A DNA stretch of 64,000 nucleotides, taken from positions 29,700,001 to 29,764,000 of the forward strand of contig CM052816.1 in the NCBI GenBank assembly GCA_028534125.1, read 5' to 3'. Below, in pieces: positions 53,471-64,000 of the stretch. This DNA comes from Lama glama. Lineage: Eukaryota. Numbering within the stretch: position 1 is the first letter of the stretch; the number at the start of each line of letters is the position of its first letter. The position numbers were made by a program, and so were the translations under genes. Under the pieces are notes generated by a model. That model made no database searches. It was given only the letters and a program-made list of their open reading frames with translations, and had not been told where the DNA came from.

Positions 53471-53590
53471 GGGAGAGGGTGTAGCTCAAGTGGTAGAGCA
53501 CATGCTTAGCATGCAGGAGGTCCTGGGTTCAATCCCCAGTACCTCCTCCAAAAAATAAATAAACCTAACTATTTCCCCCCTCAAAAAAAA
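53471..53590 (+). mobile_element. Young Vic-1-like tRNA-Ala SINE
   Basis: ggtgtagctcaagtggtagagcacatgcttagcatgcaggaggtcctgggttcaatccccagtacctcc, then aaataaataaacctaactatttccccc and A tail; perfect 25 bp TSD. Confidence 0.95.
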
Positions 53591-54049
53591 AGTTTGTTAT
53601 AGTAATAGTTTTTAATTAGAACTAACCATTGGTCATTTATAATACCTAATATTCAGTAAATTATTAATACAATGTTAAACAGTTTCCATTTTAAAAGGCA
53701 ATTAAATTATTAATGACTTATTAGTTATTCTGTATAATGCTTTTACTATTTTTTGTTGATAGGTTATTTGGATTATTTTGTTTTATTTTGTGGTGATTCT
53801 CAATAACATTATTAAAGTATCATGAATACTTAACTTGAAATATATGAACTATTGCTAGTATTTATCATCAGAGAACAAAGTCTGTTAGGTAATATATTTC
53901 TACACACATTTACCATTATTTTGGATAATTGGACATAATGATGTTAGTAAAGTGAAATAGGCTTAGGTTTTAGTGTATAGTAAAAGTATCTGTAAGATAT
54001 GTCTTTCATGTCTTATTAGTGGATAGATCTTGGTTTACTTAGTGTTTCT

Positions 54050-55500
54050 CATTAATCAGTCCAATAAAAATTTATTTAGTAGATATTTTTATTTTGCTTT
54101 TAGTGTATGTCACTATTTTAGGTACTAGAGAATCCCTGTGCCACGAAGTTGAAGTTCTGGTGGCTGGAGACAGAAGTAATAAAATAATTTCAGGTGTTGA
54201 TAAGTGCTATGGAAAAGGGTCCTATAGTGGAGTATGATGAGACTTCAGTCACAGTATTTGGGAAAGGCCTTGCTGGAAGAGGTGACTTTTCAGTTCTGTG
54301 CTGAAATAATGAGAAGGATGCAACACATAGATAATCTTAAGGGATTTCCCAGAAAAAATAGTAGTTCAGAGTGATCAAAGGACAGGATTTTTTTTTTTAG
54401 AGAAAGATGATATGAAGGATAGGTACCTGGATAGATTGGTAGACTTGATTGAAGAAGAAATATGAAATACTTTTTATCTGGTTGCATTTTTCAGTGAAGA
54501 AAGTGGTACAGTTATCAACTGAGTATGAAGGGGGATATTGAGATGTGTATATGGAGAGAGAGGACTTGAAGTATTTATTTGGAGAGAGGATTGACCGGAG
54601 GAGGGAGTAGGATTGTTTGGCATTGCTGTGTGTCTCTTTCAGATATATGAGTATAGATTTGAAGTAGATCTGGTCAGCATGGTTACATGAACTGTGTATG
54701 TGTGTGTGCTCCACATTCTGTTGTGGTACATAGTCTTAGAGTAACCAGATGATTGGATTGGGATGTTGTTAGATGAGCACAAGAGGAGAGAGGGTAAGGG
54801 AGTTGGGGGTACTGTGTTACAATGCTAGACATAGAATCTAGGCTGGATAAGGAGAGGAGAAGGACAGCCAGACCATGAAGAGTGAAAAATTGGTATGGTC
54901 ATTGATTGAAGATCTTAATGAGGTCAGAGAATTATTGGAATGGGTATTCTAAATAAATAAGCTGGAAGGTGAGGGTCAGAGAATAGGAAGTTTGAAATTG
55001 AGATTTCAGAGATGGTACATTTATTACTGACAACAATTTCCAGAGTGTGACCTTAGAAATGATGCTAATGTTTGGTAGAGGACTAGATGTTTAGAGCTAG
55101 GTAAAGAATCAAGAGGCTGTGGAATTGGATGGATAACTTTTGGGATGTGGAAGTCCCCAAGTATAATAAAAGTAGTGGTGGAAAGTAGGTGGTGAATTCA
55201 TCCATGAGTGATGGGAAGTGACTGGAAGGTAATAGATAATGTCAACAAGGAGGATAAGGGGTAATAAAGTCTGGTAAAGCACCTCAAAGGTGCTAGAGGT
55301 TTATAATGAAGAAGGAGGGGAGAGCAAGTGAGTTTAATAGAAAGCGACAAAGGCCATCAAAGAGAACTACTCTGTCTCCTGACTTTGAGATATGAAGAGT
55401 GTGAGAGGAGACGCCTGCCCTTGAGAGGGCCACAGGGGAAGCAATGTCCCCTGGGAACAGCAAATTGCAGTTATGGTAAGGGAAACATTCAGAGTATAGG
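54050..55500 (-). mobile_element. L2 fragments
   Basis: cactattttaggtactagagaa...gataagtgctatggaaaa...gggaaaggccttgctgga; long purine-rich L2-type stretch. Confidence 0.55.
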
Positions 55501-55677
55501 AGAGCTTACTGATAATTAGGTTGAGCATCTTATTTATTATATAAATAAGGACACTTTAATCTATTAGATGTGATACTGGAAGAGCAGTAAAGTGATACAG
55601 TAATGTGCAAATGGTAATACACCCTATTGATGACTGACCATGAATTTTAAAAGTTGCCGTGGAAAGATTTGTACATT

Positions 55678-56315
55678 GTGGGTGTTTCTTCCACACCACA
55701 AGCAATTAACTCAGTTCTCTGAAGACACTGACCTAGTGTCCCACAGATTTAACTCAATTCTAATACTACCTGGGGATAGCAGCAGATCTCACAGGTTATA
55801 GGCTTGGTCTTACAAGACATTCCCCTCCACTTCACATGCAAGTCTCAAGTCCAGGTTGTCACCCGTGCCTTCTGACCAACTAGATAGATGTAGATTAGTA
55901 GTTCCAATGACCCTCTCCTTGTAATTGATTAATTTGCTAGAGAGACTCATAGAACTTGGAGAAATATTTTACTTACTAGAGTACCACTTTATTGTAAAAG
56001 AATATAAGAACAGCCAGATGGAAGAGATACATAGGGCAAGATATGTGGGAAGAGGCTTGAAACTTCCATGCCCTTTCTTGGCTCGTCGCTCTCCCTGAAT
56101 CACCTTGTATTCACCAGACTGGAAGCTCTCTGAAGCCTGTCCTTTTGGATTTTTATAGAGGCTTAAGTACATAGGTATGATTGATTAAATCAATGTCCAC
56201 TGGCTGTTGATTAAGCCTCCTGCCCCTCTTCTCTTCATGGAGTTGTGACCTCCAGAATCATCCATGTTTTGCAAATGGCAGAACTTCCTTCTTCATTGTG
56301 ACTGAATAATGTTCC

Positions 56316-56349
<34 letters not shown>

Positions 56350-56681
56350 CATTTTCTTTATCCGTTCATCCATTGAAGGACATTTAGGTTATTTCCATAT
56401 GTTAGCTTTTGTGAATAATCCTGCAGTAACATGGGGGGACTGAAACTTCCAACCCTCTAATCATGTGGTTGGTTCTTCTGCCACCAGCCCCCATCCTAGG
56501 TGTTTTCGAAAAGTCACCTCATTAACATTACTACAGGTGTGGTTGAAAGGGATTTTTTATGAAAGTCAAGACATCTTTATTGTTCTTACCACTTAGGAAA
56601 TTCCAAGGGTTTTAGGAGCTCTGTGCCAGAAATGGGGAAGAAGACAAAATATGTATTTTTTGTTATAAATCACAATATCAC
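55678..56681 (-). mobile_element. MER21B-like LTR, interrupted by an L1 piece
   Basis: cttccacaccacaagcaatt...ttaactcaattct...aacagccagatggaagagatacatagggcaag...ataaatcacaatatcaca. Confidence 0.8.
56245..56432 (-). mobile_element. Internal L1 fragment with (CA)n, nested in MER21
   Basis: catccatgttttgcaaatggcag...tatccgttcatccattgaaggacatttagg; no tail seen. Confidence 0.75.
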
Positions 56682-56869
56682 AAATTGTAAGTATGGGAAG
56701 AGTAGAAAATGGAATGTATTGGAGAAGCCTAGTCGTGAGTCTATAGGATGGTAGATAATCTAGGAAGTTTGCATTTCTGATGGAGTTGAGTTGACTGGAC
56801 ATGTAAGGTATGATGGGATTCATCCTGAAGTCAAGACATGCAGTCAATCTTTAAATCCTAAGGATGACC

Positions 56870-57892
56870 TTTTAACTTTATAGAGGATTAATTGACAAAT
56901 ATAATTGTTTATGTTTGAAGTGCACAATGTGATGATGTGATACATATATACATTGTAAAATGATTACCAAGATTAAGATAATTAACATATCCATCACCTC
57001 ACATAGCTAACATAGGTGACTTTTGTGTGTGTGTATAGGGTGAGAATGCTTAAGATCTAATATACAATATATGACTTGATATTTGTGTTTACTGCAAAAC
57101 AATCACAACAATAAGTCTAGTTAACATGTCACCATACATAGTTATAATTTTTTTGCTTGTTATGAGAATTTTTAAAATTTACTTTCTTAGCAACTTTCAA
57201 ATATACAAGTATTACTAACTATAGTCACTGTGCTATATATTAGATCCTCAGAACTTATTCTTATAACTGAAAATTTGTGTCCATAGCCCACCATTCTATT
57301 CTGTTTCAATTAAATCAGCTTTTTTTTTTTTTTTTTAGATTCCATGTGTAAGTGCTACCATTTAGTATTTGTGTTTCTCCTTCTGGCTTATTTTACTTAG
57401 CATAATACCCTCTAGATACAGCCACATTGTTGCAAATAGCAGGATTTCCTTTTTATTTTTTTAATGGCTGAATAATACTCAATTGTGTATGTATGTGTAT
57501 GTGTATATATATATTATATTTTATCTATTCATCCACTGAAGGGCATTTAGGTTGATTTCATATCTTGGCTATTGTGAATAATGCTGCAGCAACATGGGGC
57601 TGATTTTTCTTAAAGATTCTGGTTTCAATTCCTTCAAATACATACTCAGAAGAGGGATTGCTGGATCCTATGGTAGTTCTATTTTTTTATGTTTTTGAAG
57701 AAGCACCATACTGTTTTCCATAGTGGCTGTACCATTTTACATTCCCACCTGCAGTGTATAAGGGTTTTCTTTTCTCAACATTCTTGACAACGTTTGTTGT
57801 CTCTTGTCTTCTTGGTAATAGCTATTCTAACGTATGGGGTGATATCTCACTGTGATTTGACTTTAATTTCCCTGATGACAAGTGGTGATTAG
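56870..57892 (-). mobile_element. L1MA-like 3' UTR and ORF2 end
   Basis: taattgacaaatataattg...catactgttttccatagtggctgtaccattttacattcccacc. Confidence 0.85.
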
Positions 57893-60379
57893 TGAAGTAA
57901 GATCCAACTGTACATTTTAAAGAAGCACCAGAAACTTTAAATATAAAGACAAGGTTAAACATGAAAGGATGGAAAGAAATATACTATGCAGACCTTGACT
58001 TTTTTTCATTTTCTAATCCTTTTTATTTATTATTCATTCAACATATATGTTTAACACCAGTAGGTGTCAGGCACTGTCTTAAGTATGATGATGTATGTAA
58101 AAATCTAGCTATTAAGATTTTCCATTATTTTGAAGTTTAGATAGGAAAATTTGAAAGTAGTAAGACATTTTCACATAAATGTTTGTTCCTAAAAAAATCT
58201 TGTTCTTAAAAGAAAACAGACAACTTGCCCAACCTGGCTGTCTAGTTAATTATCTTTTTGTAGTTATTGAAGGTCTAAAGAAAAAAATAGTACTTTTGAT
58301 CACAGTGGTAGGCATCAGTAGTCTAAAGTAAATCCTTTAATCCTGTCTGGATCTTTATAAGGAAGGATATAGCAACAGTCATACTTTATGTATACTTGTT
58401 TGGTTAAAATATTCGTCTCAATCCTCGTGATCTAGTCATTAATTCTGTAATTTATTACTTACAAAACCATGTCACATCTACTTCCTTTTTGAATGGGGAA
58501 CAGAATCTGATTTTTCCCCTTGAACCCAGGATGTTATTCTCAACATGTGGTGAATCAATGTCAGAAATGAATAAAAGCTTCATTAGATGTTTTTTATAAA
58601 GAAAATTAATTTTCTTTTCTTAACCTACTTCACTTTATTATCATCAGAACATAGTTCAGAAAGAGGATTTTAATATATGTTGACAGGGCCTTCCTGCAGA
58701 GAGGTTGTTCCAGTTGACTTGCTGATTTCTACAGGAAAATGCCTTGCCTCGTGCATAATTCAGGTAAGACAGCAGTAAGGGATTGGACTGGCCAACGATT
58801 TCAGTGAGGAAATCATGTTGAAACCAAAATATTCCATGTAAAATGTATGATATTCTTAATGCTCCTAGTTAATATTTAATAAATACAGTCCTGAAGGATA
58901 GTCTTTGAAATGCAAGTTCAGCTACCTGACTGGTATTTCTGTATGCCACAATTAGAGCTGTCAAAACAATCTCTTTTAAAATAGATCCAGAAAGAGCTTG
59001 AGTGCTTGCTGTCTGGAGTTGTACCAGCATTACTTGATGTGAATACAGAGTTTCCCCAAAAGGTGAGGCTGGAAAAATACTTTATGTTTATAAGTACAGC
59101 ACTACCCATAACATACACCAAAGGCTAATGGTGAAATCTTTTTCTTTAATTACTTAGGCATTTCTGAATAAGCAGGCATAGCCAAACAAACAAAAAATCA
59201 GTGAAGAAACATGTAGGTAAACATTTCTGAAATTAACTATGGAACAAAGAGGTCTCAAATATATTATTATAATATGGAAAAGAAAAATAGGGCGATGTAT
59301 GAAGGATCCTAAAATAATTGTTTGTTAATGACATCTATGTCTTATCATAGATCTGCTTTTATTTTACCGTCTCAGGACTGCATAGGGTACATGAAATAAG
59401 GTAAGAAGTGGCTTATCAATCTTTTATCCTTTATCTCTTTGTTTCTACAAAACATTTTTGATCAAAATCTGAAAATCTGAGTCTCCTAATTCACAAATAA
59501 AACTCTCATTATACATACATTGCCAGGTATCCACCAGTCAGCCATTCAGAACTGCATTATTTCACAAGATACTGTTCTTGCACTGACTTTTTGCTCCTGT
59601 TTCAACTTATTAGCCCAGATGTTAAAAAAATAATATGGAAAAGTTGTCTCTCTTTTTATTCTTAGAGTGACTTACACTGATGTTATCGTAAGTCTGTTTC
59701 CTGGTTGTCAGGTTTTAAAATTCTGATAGAAATTCTACAACAGATTCTGTGGCAGCATCTCAAATGTGACATCATTGGTGGATCTTCCCACTCCTTTTTT
59801 AAGTAGAAAATGAATGGGCTTAAAGTCTATATCATAATATCAAGTATTCCGCCCTGAAATTGTCTGATTTGCTTTAAAGTCAGGAAAAGCAAAGAGAAAC
59901 ATTGATCCCTATAATATGTGGAATTTAAAAACGTTTCTGCTGCCTTTTGAAGGAAAGGCTCAATTTGTTGTTTAAGGGTTTTATGCTTAAAGCATTACTG
60001 GTCACTCCCCAATATCCCCCCCTTAACTTTGCACTGTGACTATCACCAGCTGAGTGCTGAAGATGAGCCAGCTGTGGTTGGTTATGGCATTAGAGTGTGG
60101 AGAGTCAACTGGACCCAAGGAGAACTGGTAGAGAGAAACTGTCAGGACTAGCTGAAGAAGAGCCCTTAAGGGCACTTGGCAGTCACCTTAACAGTTACAC
60201 CACACGGAGGAGACTTTGTGGAGACTTGAACAGGCTGGCTCATGATGACCTTCGCTGTGCAGAAAGAGTGCTCTGGATCATGTAGATGCTACCCAAGATC
60301 CCTGACATCCTGTGATATGTATCAGGCTTGTCTTTGTAAATGTGGGGTTTTCTTTACTGTATCTCTGGAGCTCCTGACT

Positions 60380-61748
60380 AAAAACAATCTCTTCAGCAAA
60401 TGGTGTTGGGAAAGCTGGACAGCTGCACGTAAATCAATGAACTTAGAATACTCCTTCACACCATACACACGAAAAAACTCAAAATGACTTAAAGACTTAA
60501 ACATAAGACAAGATACCATAAACCTCTTAGAATAAAACATGGACAAAACATTATCTGACATAAATCTAAACAATGTCCTACTAGGTCAGTTTACCCAGGC
60601 AATAGAAATAAAAGCAAAAATAAATAATTAAACCTATTTAAAAAAACAACTAAACCTGGAAACTAATTAAACGTATAAGCTTTTGCACAGCAAAGGAAAC
60701 CATAAAGAAAACAAAATAATGACTTACGGAATGGGAGAAAATATTTGCAAAAGATGAGACTGACAAGGGCTTAATTTCCAGAATATACAAACAGCTCATA
60801 CAACTTAATAAGAAAAAAGCAAACAGCCCAATCCAAAAATGGGCAGAAGACCTAAACAAGCAATTCTCCAATGAAGACATACAACTGGCCAATAAGCACA
60901 TGAAAAAATGCTCAATACCATTATCAAAGAAATGCAAATCAAAACTACAATGAGGTATCACCTCACGTTAGTCAGAATGGCCATCATTCAAAAGTCTACA
61001 AACGATATATTCCGGAGAGGGTGTGAAGCAAAGGGAACCCTCCTATACTCTTGGTGGGAATGAAGTTTATGCAGCCATAAAAGAGTATGGAGATTCCTCA
61101 AAAAACTAAAAGTAGACTTACCATATGATCCAGTAATCCCACTCCTGGGTGTATATCCATATATTCAGAAAGACACATGCACTTCAATGTTCATAACAAC
61201 ACTATTTACAGTGGCCGAGACATGGAAACAACCTAAATGTCTGTTGACAGATAACTGGATAAAGAAGTTGTGGCATATTTATACAATGGAATACTACTCA
61301 GCCATAAAAAAGAAGAGAATGCCATTTTCAGCAACATGGATGAACCTGGAGATTATCATTCTAAGTATAGTAAGCTGGAAAGAAAAATACCATATGATAT
61401 CACTTATATGTGAAATATAAAAAAAAAAGACAAATGAGCTTATTTACAAAACAGAAATAGACTCACAGACATAGAAAACAAACTTATGGTTACTGGAGGG
61501 GAAGAAGGTGGCGAAGGATAAATTAGGAGTTCAAGATTTGCAGATACTAACTAATATATATAAAATAAACAAGTTTATACTGTATAGCACAGGGAACTGT
61601 ATTCAATATCTTATAGTAACCTATAATGAAAAAGAATAAAAAAACGAATATATGTATGTATATTTATGACTTAACTATTATGCTGTGCACCAGAAATTGA
61701 TACAACATTGTAAACTGACTATTCTTCAATAAAAACAAACAAAAATAA
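60380..61748 (+). mobile_element. 5'-truncated, fairly young L1 (ORF2 end, 3' UTR, A-rich tail)
   Basis: Peptides [13 protein letters not shown] and TWKQPKCLLTDNWIKKLWHIYTMEYYSAIKK; ends ttcaataaaaacaaacaaaaa. Confidence 0.92.
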
Positions 61749-64000
61749 ACAGATGTGTTCTCCCAAAGGGCCAAACTCACATGACTAAGAAAGAAAAAAC
61801 AGATGTTCACTGGTCTACCAAGAACCTCTTATACTGGAGGTAGCAGAAAGAGATGAGGGGCATAAAGGTAGTTCAGTGGAGGAAGAGTTCAAGCTCCCTA
61901 AATGCTGCAGCAGTAGCATCAGTTCTGAGAATATTAAGCCCCTCCCTGGGTCACATAGATTCTTTATGAAATATTCATGGTAGAAGAATTACTAAAGTAA
62001 TTTATTTAAAAATATACCTGCCTGTATACATCCCAAGGAGCACTGTTCCCATCAGAATAGTCAGGTCAGGGTGTTACACACATATTCCACAATATTTTAG
62101 AAATCTTTCTGGGACTGCATCCAGAACACAGATTAATTTTCTTTCATATTCTTAAAGGTAAGAAAATTATCTCTTGATTGTTGATTAGATTTTTAAAGTA
62201 TTCAAATATTTTAGCTCAGAATAGGAAAGTGGAAATCAACCAAGTTTTAGTGTGAAAATATGGTGAAGAAATTATTGTTTGTTTCTTTTGAGTTGAAAAG
62301 AAAACCCAAATGCTTCACCATTTCTAAACATCAAGCCTAATTGCCTGTGTAGCATGAAGTCTTCATAAAGGATTCCATTGATTTGAAAGAAAAAGTCAAC
62401 ATTTACATTACTTTTGAATCAGGCACTTAGACATTGCAAGGCTGCAGAATATTGGGGATTTCTTCTGATTTGTTTAATTGCTGACTATTTCCTGTAGTAT
62501 TAAATTTTTTTAGTCAAAATTCATCTTTTTTTTTGCTTGAAGTCTACAACAATATAATTGCTAAATTGTTTTCATGTTAATATTATTTCACAATTATCTT
62601 TCCTTTCATCTAAAATTGACTCCTCAATAATCCAATCTATCTTAATGTCCTGAGTCTTACCTTTTCAACATTTTCATGTTGAAAGTTTCATGGATCTTAT
62701 ACGTAATTAGACAACTTACCACTTCATGTGTAATTGTGGGTATCTTTTCTTCTTACTTTAAAACTTCTGAAGGGCCCAAACAGCTGTACCTTAACAAGAC
62801 TTCATCTTATAAACTTTAAACAGATCAAAAAATCTTACAAGAAAAACTTATGTTTTGATCATTATTATCACCAGTCCCCTTTATGCTGAACCTGAATACA
62901 GCAGGAACATCTAAGAGCAGTATCAAGCCTTTACTAACTGAACTTGGCTGATCTTGAAGATGTAGCTACAAGTTGTAATGCTGCAGCATTCTCTGCTTTG
63001 ATCAGTCTTCTTTTCTATGACAAAAACAATTAACTTCCCATTGTTGGTTGTGAATTCCAGCTTGCTTTTTCTCTCTGGACCCTGTTCTGTTACTGATTAC
63101 TGAAAGTTCTGACCAAGGGGAGTTGCTAGTAAATGCTTTTGTGGCTGAATTTCTGTCCTGTCTAACCCCCCCCCCCACCCGCTGCCCCGTTTTTACTTTC
63201 AACCCCAAGGAGTTGGGCTTGACCATATTTAAACCTCAGAGACTCTCCTTTCAGCCTTCTCGCCTAAAACCTAGACCTGGCTTTCTCCCTAAAACCTCAT
63301 CTAGGTCCACTTAAAGGCCTGGAAAGAGTGGAAGAGTGGACAGCACACTCTGGCCTGTAAGAGCATCTACTAGAGAAAACCTAGAGTGAGGAGAAGCCGC
63401 AGGCAAATTGAATTCCTCATTGCCCTTCGCCGTCTGGAGCAGAGCACAGAAATATGACAGCACTGAATGGGGGTTCTGGGCAAGGGGCCCAGCCCATGGA
63501 ATGTAAGACTTCGAAGATGAATTATTGGGAGATGTATCAGCCCTTCCCCTGGCATAATCAGGAGCTGGGATGCAAGCCCTCGACTTACAGCTGTATAACA
63601 TGGTAGAATCTTGACCTCCGGCATTACACTATCCCCTCAGTATTTTATACAGATTTTTGCTTAATCTTCTCTTTGTGGAAGACTAATCACCTTTCTGTGG
63701 AGCCTCCCTCCATTCTCAGTCTAGTTCACCTTTACCTCTCACACACTGAGGTGAAGAGAGCAGAGGTGGCCTTTGTCCACTTCTAATCATGACTTCGTGT
63801 TCCTCTTACCAAAGTGCCCAGTCATTAATCCTAAGAAGGTGATCAGTGGGGTGTTGTTCTGCAGTGCTGGTGTCTATTTTGTCACAGACTCGTTCAGGAG
63901 AGTTGCTCCCTGATGGTAGTGTTGGAGAGGCTGTGATGACGAACAGTTTATTTTAGACATACAAATATGACAGACTGGTGGCCCATGAACTAACGTGTTT

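Noticed and set aside
53471..53550. Apparent tRNA-Ala(AGC) gene (and five similar copies)
   Set aside because: A-rich tail, shared non-tRNA 3' extension and TSDs identify these as SINEs, not tRNA genes.
63002..63624. Overlapping ORFs in a more GC-rich patch
   Set aside because: No recognisable protein or exon boundaries; could be regulatory or an old repeat, but I cannot support a call.
1..64000. CRISPR arrays, operons or prokaryotic defence systems
   Set aside because: The sequence is mammalian intronic/intergenic DNA with no repeat-spacer arrays or gene-dense segments.

Overview
AT-rich mammalian genomic DNA, most likely camelid (alpaca/camel), judged from six tRNA-Ala-derived Vic-1-type SINEs and young L1 3' ends. 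The only supportable protein-coding content is the last two coding exons of DTWD2 on the + strand (41534-41662 and 47178-47348). Everything upstream is one long intron; downstream is 3' UTR and intergenic sequence. The supplied ORFs are L1 ORF1/ORF2 remnants, gap artefacts or spurious. The rest is a dense transposable-element record (L1, L2, MIR, MaLR/MER21 LTRs, Tigger, Charlie, two young solo LTRs) plus a 500-N gap. I found no intact novel gene system. The most unusual structure is a TSD-flanked, polyadenylated 1.34 kb composite retroelement at 27463-28804 (L1 ORF1, inverted ORF2 remnants, distinct tail; half-L1-like). Also notable are an L1-mobilised retrocopy of an LTR R-region-like RNA (23117-23280) and a tail-less internal L1 fragment with flanking direct repeats (36119-36354). 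Repeat family names are from visual recognition and boundaries without TSDs are approximate.
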